Of a stretch of 64,000 nucleotides of DNA, positions 1 through 8,740 are shown piece by piece (within the stretch, counting starts at the first letter, position 1; each line of letters starts with the position of its first letter). The translations under genes were made by a program, and so were the position numbers. The notes beneath the pieces were generated by a model. The model was not told the origin of the DNA, did no database searches, and worked only from the letters and a program-made list of their open reading frames with translations. Source of the DNA: an uncultured Bacteroidales bacterium (GTDB lineage: Bacteria > Bacteroidota > Bacteroidia > Bacteroidales > VadinHA17). The DNA lies in NCBI GenBank assembly GCA_963734885.1, contig CAVTIJ010000008.1, forward strand, positions 129,693 to 193,692, read 5' to 3'.

Positions 1-1436
1 TGACGGGTATTATATATCGCTCCGATAGAGGGCTGCATCAGACTGTATTTTCCTCTTTTTGGTTCGGCATCACCCCAGCATTCAAGGTAATGGTTATCGG
101 GACAAACATATTGTAACAAACTATTCGTCTCATCTGGCGAACCGGATAATCCAATGGTGAGATCTACTTTTTTTAATCCCTCTGTAAATAAAGCACCCCG
201 GTTATAAACAGGGTTTACATTCCAGATCAGTATTGCTTTCACGTTACCATTCTGCATTCTTACAATAAGCTTTTCCATATCGGAATCGATCGCAGCATGG
301 GTCCTGAGAAATGAGTTGAACAATATTGTCTTTCCGATATTTCCGAGGAGTCTGTTGATCTCATTTACAAGTAATTGAATATGCTTAATATTTGACCCTG
401 AAATAACCAGCGATTTGCCTTTCGACTGAATAAGTTTATTGGATATCTCACCCACATCAACAGATGAGGCAGGAACATCAATCTCTCTGTTTTCCAAAGA
501 TCTGACAACTGATTTATAAATATTCATCAGAATCTCTGTTTCCTGGGAAGGTTTTATCTGGATTCTCTTATCAGCATTACAGCCGGTGAGGCTCATGGTA
601 GATTCAAGCTGAACTAACCAGTTCATGTCTCTTTCCGGAATCCTGCGTGAACTGAATTGCCTGATATATTCTATTGGTGAAAGCCATGTTCCAAGGAAAT
701 CGGCTCCAAAACTTACAATAACATCGGCCTTGTCAAAATGATAATCAGGGATAACCTGTTTACCAAAGCTTATCTTATTCGCCTCAAGCATTGCGGAATA
801 AGAAACAGCATCATATTGTATCCATTCAGTTGTTGGATATCTCTTTTGAAAATCATTTATAACAGTTTCCGCACTCGGGCTGAAAATAGTAGGCGTCAGA
901 AGCACTATCGTCCCGTTTTCTTTAACTATTTTCTCCAGTTTGTCCGTGATTTCGGAATCGGCTGTTTCCCAGGAGGCAGGTTTCCCGTTAATTAAAGGTT
1001 CCCTGAACCGGGCTCCATCATAAAGATCGAGCACAGATGCCTGAACTCTGGCGGTTGTGACACCACCTGTAACAGCAGATTCAGGATTACCTTCAATTTT
1101 AATTGGCCGGCCATCTCTGGTTTTAACAATTATGCTGCAGTATTCATTTCCGTTGACATAGCTTGATGCATAATATAAAGCGTCTCCGGGGATCATCTCG
1201 GGAGGAGCAGTGACATAAGGCACTGCCTTACTTATTTTCTGCCGGCAGGAGGCAAGAGCAGTAACTGCAAAGCTGAACCCGCACAATTTCAGAAAATCCC
1301 TTCTCGAAGCATGCAGTTCCATATTCTGATCGCTCACCAGGTCGAGCAACGGATTCCCGTTTTCCGCTGTCTTTTTGGTTTCAGCGACTTCGCTTATTTT
1401 GTCTTTTGACTGAATGTCTTTCCAATATTTTTTCAT
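1..1436 (-). CDS. actB: Alternative complex III subunit ActB, Tat-exported molybdopterin-oxidoreductase-like; 5' part only, runs off the window edge
   Basis: Manual translation from ATG 1436: MKKYWKDIQ...SRRDFLKLCGFSFAVTALASC...KAVPYV...VKTRDGRPIKIEGNP...ARVQASVLDLYD. Still in frame at position 1 (SLMQPSIGAIYNTR). Follows actA. Missing from the ORF track because it has no stop in the window. Confidence 0.88.
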   Translation of the reverse strand, partial: MKKYWKDIQSKDKISEVAETKKTAENGNPLLDLVSDQNMELHASRRDFLKLCGFSFAVTALASCRQKISKAVPYVTAPPEMIPGDALYYASSYVNGNEYCSIIVKTRDGRPIKIEGNPESAVTGGVTTARVQASVLDLYDGARFREPLINGKPASWETADSEITDKLEKIVKENGTIVLLTPTIFSPSAETVINDFQKRYPTTEWIQYDAVSYSAMLEANKISFGKQVIPDYHFDKADVIVSFGADFLGTWLSPIEYIRQFSSRRIPERDMNWLVQLESTMSLTGCNADKRIQIKPSQETEILMNIYKSVVRSLENREIDVPASSVDVGEISNKLIQSKGKSLVISGSNIKHIQLLVNEINRLLGNIGKTILFNSFLRTHAAIDSDMEKLIVRMQNGNVKAILIWNVNPVYNRGALFTEGLKKVDLTIGLSGSPDETNSLLQYVCPDNHYLECWGDAEPKRGKYSLMQPSIGAIYNTR

Positions 1437-1459
1437 CCTTCAGGAATACTACTGGTTTA

Positions 1460-2854
1460 TTAATAATGACATTTACCACAATCACGGCCTCCTATGCCAA
1501 CAACTCTTATGCTGTCTGCCTTCCCGGCTTTTAACGAATCATAAAATGCAGGATAGTAAGTCTTATAATATGTATTAGAAAAATTTACCTTTCTTGTTTT
1601 ATGACAATCGAGACACCAGCCCATTGACAGATCAGGTACCTGGTACAACCTATTCATTTCCTTAACATTGCCATGGCATGCTTCACAGTTGATCTGACCG
1701 GCACTTACATGCTGCTCGTGGCTGAAGAAAACAAAGTCAGGCAGTCTGTAAATTCTGACCCATTCAACAGGTATTTTCTTATCCAGATGATCTAAAATTT
1801 TAGCAATCTCCGTTGCACCTGAACGCGTTCCATTTCGTACAAGGAAGTGACAATTGTAACATATACTTCCCGGAGGAATGCCGGCAGATTTGCTAATTCT
1901 CGCTGTATAATGGCAATAATTACAATCGGTTTTGTTTTGACCCGCATGAACATAATGTGAGAATTTTATTGGCTGGGCCGGTTCAAATCCCTTGGCTCTT
2001 CCGAGAGCGATCGCATCGACTACCAGCAGCCAGGTAATAAATATGCCGGTCACAGTAATTATCAGCCAATTGATCTTCTTATTTTTAAATATCTTCTTGA
2101 TTATCAGGTCTGTTGCCGACATCAAGAATAATAGTGAAGAGATTATAAATAATAAGAGATATGTAATATCCGGTTTCTTTTGCTTAAGCCCTATATCGAC
2201 AAACTTGTCCATAAAAGCTTTAAGAAGAACAATGTCCCCCGCAGAAAGCTTGAAATCCTTATGGACAAGCTTCATTTTTGGACCGACCGGCTTCAACAGC
2301 ACCTTGCTTAAATCTTTCGCGGATTTATGATGGTACTTTACAGAAATTTCAAAAGCATCCGGATTCCAGTTGAGTGTATCGGAAACAGCTGTATTATGGC
2401 ATGACGCGCAATTTATAGATTCATTCCCGAGATATACTAATCCATTGAAAAGCCTTTCACCCCTGATTAATTCTTCACGGGTAAACGTACTTTGTTTTAG
2501 TATTACTGAGTCGGGCAAAGGCTGTTTACCAGTACTCTGGGAAGAAGCCTTGACAGAGTCAACTCCTTTTAACTTTGTTGTATCTGTCCCCTGAAATTTA
2601 CCTGAGTCCTTTAACGGAGGTTGCCCGGCTCCTTTGACCAAAGTTTTTGATGAATCCAGCACCCGGGCATTTGATGTATCTTTTATCGGAACCCTGGGTA
2701 ATCCTTTCCGTTGAACTTTTGTTGTATCTTTTGCCTGAAGTGGACATACATTTGTTGCCGACGCTGCACCAGACAAGATGAAAGAAAGAGTCAATAACAG
2801 GAAAAGGATTGGAAGCAAATTTCTAAATTTTCCTACCGGAGAGTAAATACCCAT
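1460..2854 (-). CDS. actA: Alternative complex III multiheme cytochrome c subunit ActA (monoheme domain, 2 TM, pentaheme domain)
   Basis: Six CxxCH motifs (CASCH, CNYCH, CYNCH, CEACH, CLDCH, CGKCH); QPIKFSH..H, LPDFVFFSH and LSMGWCLDCH motifs; directly upstream of actB. Confidence 0.9.
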   Translation of the reverse strand: MGIYSPVGKFRNLLPILFLLLTLSFILSGAASATNVCPLQAKDTTKVQRKGLPRVPIKDTSNARVLDSSKTLVKGAGQPPLKDSGKFQGTDTTKLKGVDSVKASSQSTGKQPLPDSVILKQSTFTREELIRGERLFNGLVYLGNESINCASCHNTAVSDTLNWNPDAFEISVKYHHKSAKDLSKVLLKPVGPKMKLVHKDFKLSAGDIVLLKAFMDKFVDIGLKQKKPDITYLLLFIISSLLFLMSATDLIIKKIFKNKKINWLIITVTGIFITWLLVVDAIALGRAKGFEPAQPIKFSHYVHAGQNKTDCNYCHYTARISKSAGIPPGSICYNCHFLVRNGTRSGATEIAKILDHLDKKIPVEWVRIYRLPDFVFFSHEQHVSAGQINCEACHGNVKEMNRLYQVPDLSMGWCLDCHKTRKVNFSNTYYKTYYPAFYDSLKAGKADSIRVVGIGGRDCGKCHY

Positions 2855-3072
2855 CGTTACAAATTATAGAGTGTCTAATACTTTACTGCAAGAATTAAAT
2901 CGCCCCTCCAAAATCCGCCAGCTCAAAAATATAAAATTGCCACTTAAATTGAAACACCCGCTATCTATTTTATTTAGCGAAACCTAAAACAAAATTCATC
3001 GCCGTTATTAACGGTGCTTCAAATTATAACAACTAAAAATAAAATATTTTACGATATTAGATTCTGTCTTTA

Positions 3073-3080
3073 TATCTTTG
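3073..3080 (+). promoter_or_regulatory. Bacteroidota sigma-A -7 element (TATCTTTG)
   Basis: Matches TAnnTTTG, about 45 nt upstream of the 3124 ORF. Confidence 0.6.
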
Positions 3081-3123
3081 CTTATCATTCACAACTTGTT
3101 TAGGTCGTTGTAATCTTATCTTT

Positions 3124-3951
3124 ATGAATAACAATCAAACCATGAAAAAGATTTTCTTTCCTGTATTAATATTTGTTTTTTCTTCAGTTTTGATTACAGA
3201 TTGCAAGAAGGATAAGGGTGATCCACCACCGCTGCCACCAGCTGAATCTATGACAATTGATTTCAGTAATTTCGCTTCAGCATCGGGGAAATCTCTCGAA
3301 TTTTTACCCGGTCAGAAGGGTACCTCGAACAGTAACTGGGAATATGCGGCAACAGTGGCAGGGGTATGGAAGCTGATTTTAAATACCACTCTTGCAATAC
3401 CGATTGCTGCCTTTCAGGTAGCAGCTCAGCAGAGTCCGGCATTTGTTTCGGGGAAGACATGGCAGTGGAGTTATACCGTAACTTTTATGAATGCAACATA
3501 TAAAGCAAGACTTACGGGACTGATCGGAGCCAGTGACATTCAGTGGAATATGTTTGTTTCACAAGACGGATCATTCAGTGAATTCCTGTGGATAGAAGGG
3601 ACCTCCAGGATTGACGGAACAGGTGGAACATGGACAATTAATCAGGATCCTCAGTCAGGAGTCGCTTTCCTTCAGATTGACTGGGCAAAAACTACAAATG
3701 TTGTCGGAAATATCAAATACACTTATTTAAAACCCGGATCATTTAAAGACAGTTATATCCAATATGGTCTGACATCCAATACCCTGAACGCTTTCTACTC
3801 AATTCATTATTATAACGGTACAAAATTTTCAGACGTCAATGTTGAATGGAACACAACTACAAAAGACGGACATGTAAAATCAGCTGATTATATGGGAGAT
3901 TCAAACTGGTATTGCTGGGATTCAAACAGGGTTAATATCGTTTGCCCTTAG
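3124..3951 (+). CDS. Hypothetical lipoprotein
   Basis: Signal peptide then CKKDKGD; beta-rich body. The start may be the second Met (MKKIFF). Confidence 0.75.
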   Translation: MNNNQTMKKIFFPVLIFVFSSVLITDCKKDKGDPPPLPPAESMTIDFSNFASASGKSLEFLPGQKGTSNSNWEYAATVAGVWKLILNTTLAIPIAAFQVAAQQSPAFVSGKTWQWSYTVTFMNATYKARLTGLIGASDIQWNMFVSQDGSFSEFLWIEGTSRIDGTGGTWTINQDPQSGVAFLQIDWAKTTNVVGNIKYTYLKPGSFKDSYIQYGLTSNTLNAFYSIHYYNGTKFSDVNVEWNTTTKDGHVKSADYMGDSNWYCWDSNRVNIVCP

Positions 3952-3971
3952 ATGATAGCCTGAAATAATAT

Positions 3972-4002
3972 AAAAAATCCCGGCATAATTCCGGGATTTT
4001 TT
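3972..4002 (+). terminator. Rho-independent terminator
   Basis: AAAAAATCCCGG-N7-CCGGGATTTTTT hairpin after the stop at 3951. Confidence 0.85.
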
Positions 4003-4060
4003 GTTTTTATGAAATGAAATCCATTTCTATAGACGCCCTATGTGAACTCACCCCTTCCCC

Positions 4061-4524
4061 CATAGCCGTCAACCTAAGCTTTGGGGATGAATGAGAAACT
4101 GCATAACAAAGTTCCCCTCCTTTTACATCTACAGGATTTCTGAGAAAGAGAAGGGGATCCTTCATTTCACTGGTACTCCGCAAGCTGCGTACCAGCGAAA
4201 TTCAGGATGACAATGTAATTTGGGGCTTGTAGGGGAAGGAAGCGGCGCCTTTTGAATCAATTCTTCTGAATAAAGAAATATTAGCACAAAAGGCGCCGCT
4301 TCCTTCCCCATTATTATCCCATAACAACCTGTCATCCTGAATCTTTCGCAAAATACATATATGAAGTAAATGATAATTTTATCTTGCGGAAGATGAAGGA
4401 TCTCCCAGGGACTACCTGAATTTTAATAAATGCGATGTAAGACAAGCCTACAAAAAAGGGGAAATGTATCTGATTTAATTTCAATACTTTAAACTTTATT
4501 CAACTCCTTAGGTTGACGGTTATG
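4061..4524. mobile_element. Non-autonomous IS-like cassette (MITE/MIC) with IS4/IS231-like ends
   Basis: 18-bp TIRs CATAGCCGTCAACCTAAG (4061-4078) and CTTAGGTTGACGGTTATG (4507-4524), 17/18 match. 10-bp direct repeats CCCCTTCCCC at 4051-4060 and 4525-4534. No ORF in the track. Confidence 0.85.
4156..4430. repeat. Multi-hairpin palindromic element, copy 1 (inside the MITE)
   Basis: 4156-4394 is identical to 4616-4854 (offset 460). Perfect 23-bp IR at 4232-4254/4287-4309 and 12-bp IR TTCAGGATGACA/TGTCATCCTGAA. Confidence 0.92.
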
Positions 4525-4615
4525 CCCCTTCCCCCTCTCTACTTCGTAGCTAATCTTTATAAACATCTTTTATTGATTCACTTTGATCTGCATCAAATTG
4601 GTGGATCGATAAGGA

Positions 4616-4883
4616 GATCCTTCATTTCACTGGTACTCCGCAAGCTGCGTACCAGCGAAATTCAGGATGACAATGTAATTTGGGGCTTGTAGGGGAAGGA
4701 AGCGGCGCCTTTTGAATCAATTCTTCTGAATAAAGAAATATTAGCACAAAAGGCGCCGCTTCCTTCCCCATTATTATCCCATAACAACCTGTCATCCTGA
4801 ATCTTTCGCAAAATACATATATGAAGTAAATGATAATTTTATCTTGCGGAAGATTCCCTAGGGATTACCTGAATTTTAATAAA
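4616..4883. repeat. Multi-hairpin palindromic element, copy 2 (outside the MITE)
   Basis: 239 bp identical to copy 1. It then lacks the terminal GAAGGATC arm and resumes similarity (ACCTGAATTTTAATAAA). Confidence 0.92.
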
Positions 4884-5152
4884 GTTTCAGCTAAGATTAT
4901 TTAGATCCTACTGTTTATTAAAGGAGTACTCCGAAAGCTGATTCTGTCAACGCTAAGGTATTTGATTAACTGACGAAGGAATTTAAAACCACAGCGTTTC
5001 CTGTTTCTTAATTCTTTCCACAGTAGTTTATCAGAATCTTTTGCATTACTTCGTAGTTCCCGTGCCTTCTTTTTTATGAGTTTTTAAATGGATTAGTTCG
5101 CCGTTAATAATTTCAATCAAAATTTTTTTTGTCATTCGAAGAATTTTATTTT

Positions 5153-5169
5153 ACTTTGCAGTTCAAAGT
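5153..5169. promoter_or_regulatory. Palindromic operator ACTTTG-N5-CAAAGT, site 1
   Basis: Just upstream of ATG 5179; the same motif recurs upstream of creD. Confidence 0.7.
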
Positions 5170-5178
5170 ACTTTTAAG

Positions 5179-5784
5179 ATGACCAAAATGGAAACAAGAA
5201 CAGATTATTCTGAGGATATAAAAACTATCAAAAGGATCATGGAGGAATCTTCAAGATTTCTGTCACTGAGCGGTTTATCAGGGATTTTTGCAGGTTTTCT
5301 GGCTTTTTTGGGAGGATTTGTCGCCTATTTTCTGATGCTTCAGAAAAATCAGGATAGCTCAATTCTTAAAATAGAAATTATAGTTATTGCAATAATAGTT
5401 CTGGTCCTCGCCCTGGCCGGCTCATTCTATTTCTCTATAAGGAACGCCAGGAAGAAAGGACAAAAAGTATGGGCACCAGTTTCACGGCGACTGTTATTGA
5501 ATTTGTTCATCCCTCTTGCCACAGGTGGATTTTTTATTCTGATACTATATTTTGACAACCAGTTGCAGCTTATAGTCCCTGCCATGCTGATTTTTTACGG
5601 ACTTTCACTGGTAAGCGCTGGCAAGTTCACTTACAACGAAATCTTCTATCTTGGTCTGGCTGAGTTGATAACCGGGTTTATTGCTGCTATTTTCCAGGAT
5701 CATTTCATTCTGTTCTGGATCTTCGGTTTTGGGTTCCTTCATGTCATCTATGGTCTAATAATGTACAGAAAATATCAAGGATGA
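5179..5784 (+). CDS. Multi-TM membrane protein of the creD-associated locus
   Basis: About 6 hydrophobic segments and an IKRIMEESSRFLSLSGLSG N-terminal motif; overlaps the start of the regulator gene. Confidence 0.75.
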   Translation: MTKMETRTDYSEDIKTIKRIMEESSRFLSLSGLSGIFAGFLAFLGGFVAYFLMLQKNQDSSILKIEIIVIAIIVLVLALAGSFYFSIRNARKKGQKVWAPVSRRLLLNLFIPLATGGFFILILYFDNQLQLIVPAMLIFYGLSLVSAGKFTYNEIFYLGLAELITGFIAAIFQDHFILFWIFGFGFLHVIYGLIMYRKYQG

Positions 5785-6077
5785 AAACCGATATATCAGG
5801 CTTAAATAAACTTTTTGAAAACCGGGTACGGCTTGGAATAATGTCGATTCTGGCTGTAAATGAATCAAGTGATTTTACCGATCTTAAGGAATCTCTCTCT
5901 GTGACCGATGGTAACCTTGCAAGCCACCTTAAAGCACTGGAAGAGGGGAAGGTTATAATGGTCAATAAACAGTTTATCGGAAGAAAACCAAATACAAGTT
6001 ATTCTATCACTGAATATGGCACGTACCTGTTTCGCAATCATATAAATGCACTCGAAAATCTTATTAAATCACAATAA
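5781..6077 (+). CDS. Winged-HTH transcriptional regulator (HTH_34, ArsR/MarR-like)
   Basis: RVRLGIMSIL...TDGNLASHLKALEE...GRKPNTSYSIT motif. Confidence 0.88.
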   Translation: MKTDISGLNKLFENRVRLGIMSILAVNESSDFTDLKESLSVTDGNLASHLKALEEGKVIMVNKQFIGRKPNTSYSITEYGTYLFRNHINALENLIKSQ

Positions 6078-6093
6078 TTTTTTTTAGCAATAC

Positions 6094-6110
6094 ACTTTGC
6101 AATTCAAAGT
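6094..6110. promoter_or_regulatory. Palindromic operator ACTTTG-N5-CAAAGT, site 2
   Basis: ACTTTGCAATTCAAAGT, 24 nt upstream of the creD ATG. Confidence 0.7.
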
Positions 6111-6134
6111 ACTTTTAAATAAATATGCATTACT

Positions 6135-7457
6135 ATGAAAATTGAAATTGATGAAAACAAAAAATGGCAACACTCTCTGACAATAAAGATAGTGTTGCTT
6201 GCATTCCTGGGGCTGTTTTTGATGATACCCCTGGAGATGATTCAGCTGATTATAAAAGAAAGGCAAAAAACATCAGAAGATGTGAAAAAAGAAATTGCTT
6301 TCCAGTGGGCTGGTCCGCAAATAATTTCAGGACCTGTCCTGAACATCCCTTCCATGGTGTATCCTGCAAAAATGGATGCCGAACCTTATGTTGTGGTCTT
6401 TCATATAATGCCTGAAACTCTTAATATAAAAGGAGAAATACAAACAGAGAAAAGACACAGAAGTATTTATCAGGCAGTAGTTTACACGACGGATCTTAAC
6501 ATTTCAGGCAATTTCATAATTCCTGAACTGAATAAAGATGAAAGAAGCGAAATACTCTGGAAAGACGCTTATTTCACCGCTGGAATAAGCGATAACAGGG
6601 GACTCAAAGGTAAAATCTGGTTAAAAACAGATAGCGGAAGTCTGGAGGCTGTTCCGGGACTGAAGGACGCGGATCTTTTCAAATCGGGTATTAGTTTTCC
6701 CGCCAATCTTTCATCAATGACCGAGGGATTTAAATTTTCGCTTGATTTTAAAGTCTCCGGGTCAGAAGGACTGAGTTTTTCACCGCTTGGAAAATCGACC
6801 GAAATAGTCCTTTCCTCAGGATGGAATTCACCGGGCTTCAAAGGTAATTTTCTGCCGGTGGAAAGGAAGATAAGCGAATCGGGCTTCGAAGCGAAATGGT
6901 CAGTCACTAACCTTAACAGGAACTTCCCGCAGGTCTGGACCGGAAGCTCATTTAATCCGGCAAATGATTCATTTGGAGTAGACTTTGTTCTCCCGGTTGA
7001 TCATTATCAGAAGGCGCTCAGAAGTGCTAAATATGGCATCCTTTTTATTGCTCTGACTTTCCTTGCACTGATCTTTGCAGAAATGAGAGTAAAAGAAAAT
7101 ATCCATGTTTTCCATTATCTCCTTGTAGCGCTTGGCCTTGTTTTGTTTTTCTCACTCCTCAACGCTCTCAGTGAGTATACCGGTTTTAATCTTGCATATC
7201 TGATATCAGCATTGTCAACGATTTCGCTTATTACTTACTTTTTGCATAATATCTTTAAAAAGAAGCAGACTGTTTTTCTGATTTCCGGTTTGCTTATTTT
7301 GCTCTATTCATTCATCTTCATACTATTGACTCTTAATGACTATGCTTACCTGGCCGGAAATATCGGCCTCTTTGTATTACTTGCAATAACTATGAGGCTC
7401 TCCGTCAGACTTGATCTTTTCAGGAACCAGAATAAGGCTGACAGTACCATTCAATAA
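6135..7457 (+). CDS. creD: Cell envelope integrity inner-membrane protein CreD
   Basis: Q.ISGPVL.IP, WNSPGF.GNFLP, FGVDFV.PVDHYQ...RSAKYG.LFI motifs; C-terminal TM bundle. Confidence 0.93.
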   Translation: MKIEIDENKKWQHSLTIKIVLLAFLGLFLMIPLEMIQLIIKERQKTSEDVKKEIAFQWAGPQIISGPVLNIPSMVYPAKMDAEPYVVVFHIMPETLNIKGEIQTEKRHRSIYQAVVYTTDLNISGNFIIPELNKDERSEILWKDAYFTAGISDNRGLKGKIWLKTDSGSLEAVPGLKDADLFKSGISFPANLSSMTEGFKFSLDFKVSGSEGLSFSPLGKSTEIVLSSGWNSPGFKGNFLPVERKISESGFEAKWSVTNLNRNFPQVWTGSSFNPANDSFGVDFVLPVDHYQKALRSAKYGILFIALTFLALIFAEMRVKENIHVFHYLLVALGLVLFFSLLNALSEYTGFNLAYLISALSTISLITYFLHNIFKKKQTVFLISGLLILLYSFIFILLTLNDYAYLAGNIGLFVLLAITMRLSVRLDLFRNQNKADSTIQ

Positions 7458-7484
7458 TAACTGACATCGCAGCCCGAATACTAA

Positions 7485-7524
7485 AAGCGCAGCACGAACA
7501 TCATGTTTTTGCTGCGCTTCTTTT
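7485..7524 (+). terminator. Rho-independent terminator
   Basis: AAGCGCAGCA...TGCTGCGCTT stem followed by CTTTT. Confidence 0.7.
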
Positions 7525-7589
7525 ATTATGTGAAATTGTTGTCTTCTTTTTTTTTACTATTTTGCGCTCCTTAATTTTAAAATTTCATA

Positions 7590-8198
7590 ATGACAACTGG
7601 GAAAAAGGCTGTTTTACTTATCATATTGATTCTTATTCTCGATCAGTTCCTCAAAATATGGGTCAAGACTCATATGGCGATCGGAGATGAAATACATCTT
7701 TTTGGAAACTGGGGAATGCTTCACTTCATTGAGAATAACGGAATGGCATTCGGCATGGAAATGGGCGGGAAACCAGGAAAGCTGATTCTGAGCGTTTTCC
7801 GTGTTATTGCAATTTTTGGGATAGGCTGGTTCCTTGTTTCCCTCGTCAAACGAAGGGCAAATCTGAGTTTAATCCTGGCTGTCAGTGCGATAATGGCAGG
7901 AGCAATCGGGAATATAATCGACAGTGCATTTTATGGCATGATCTTCAGTGAAAGCTTTAATCAGCATGCAATACTTTTCCCCCCGGGAGGAGGCTATTCC
8001 TCTTTCCTGCACGGCAGGGTTGTAGATATGTTCTATTTCCCGATTATAAACACGCACTGGCCTTCGTGGTCGCCATTTCATCCCGGAGAATCACTTGTGT
8101 TTTTCCGTCCGGTATTTAACGTTGCCGACTCTTCAATAACCTGCGGTGTAATTTCAATCGTTTTGTTCCAGAAGAGGATGTTCAGGAACCTGACATAG
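7590..8198 (+). CDS. lspA: Lipoprotein signal peptidase II
   Basis: DQFLK, ENNGMAFG, GAIGNIID, GRVVDM and PVFNVAD motifs; Bacteroidota-type insertion. Confidence 0.95.
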   Translation: MTTGKKAVLLIILILILDQFLKIWVKTHMAIGDEIHLFGNWGMLHFIENNGMAFGMEMGGKPGKLILSVFRVIAIFGIGWFLVSLVKRRANLSLILAVSAIMAGAIGNIIDSAFYGMIFSESFNQHAILFPPGGGYSSFLHGRVVDMFYFPIINTHWPSWSPFHPGESLVFFRPVFNVADSSITCGVISIVLFQKRMFRNLT

Positions 8199-8279
8199 GG
8201 GCGCAGGGCGCAGGGCACAGAGGAGAATAATTTTTTCAGTAACCACACGCAAGACCGCAAGACCGCAGGACCGCAGGAC
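8199..8279. repeat. Short tandem repeats: 7-mer GGGCRCA x3 and 8-mer CGCARGAC x4
   Basis: Read directly, between convergent lspA and the ArsR gene. Confidence 0.8.
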
Positions 8280-8290
8280 CCCTAGACAAT

Positions 8291-8587
8291 CTATTGGCAG
8301 CAGCCGCTGACACAATTCAAAATTGTTTTCAGGTTTTCATGCTTCAGGTAGTACCAGGTGTTTTTACCTTCTCTTTTTGAAGCCAAAACTCCCTTATCTT
8401 TCAGTATGCCCAAATGATGAGAGGCTGTAGATTGCTCTATCCCCAGTTGCTGATGAATTTCTGTGACAGTTCTTTTTTTCCCGTCTTCCAGACATCCGAC
8501 AATTGTTATTCGTACCGGATGAGCAATAGCTTTTAACATTCCTGCTGCTTTTTCAAGACTCTCCGGATTAAGATCTTTAAATTCCAT
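8291..8587 (-). CDS. ArsR/SmtB-family regulator (HlyU/BigR-like)
   Basis: LKAIAHPVR, QSTASHHLGILK and KREGK..WYYL motifs; C-terminal cysteines. Confidence 0.9.
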   Translation of the reverse strand: MEFKDLNPESLEKAAGMLKAIAHPVRITIVGCLEDGKKRTVTEIHQQLGIEQSTASHHLGILKDKGVLASKREGKNTWYYLKHENLKTILNCVSGCCQ

Positions 8588-8740
8588 TATTTGATTATTT
8601 TGTCAGGCAAATATATATAAATATGTTGATATGATGAAAATCTCTCATTACCAGCTTAAAGGTGAAAGAAGATTAAAGAACTGTCTTTAAACAGGATCTG
8701 GAGTTGCTGATTTTATTATATTTGACTGAAATAAAAATTT

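Noticed and set aside
738-995. 85-aa plus-strand ORF
   Set aside because: It is an antisense shadow of actB.
4156-4883. CRISPR array, tRNA or rRNA reading of the duplicated region
   Set aside because: Only two long copies with no repeat-spacer periodicity, no cas genes, and no cloverleaf or rRNA signature.
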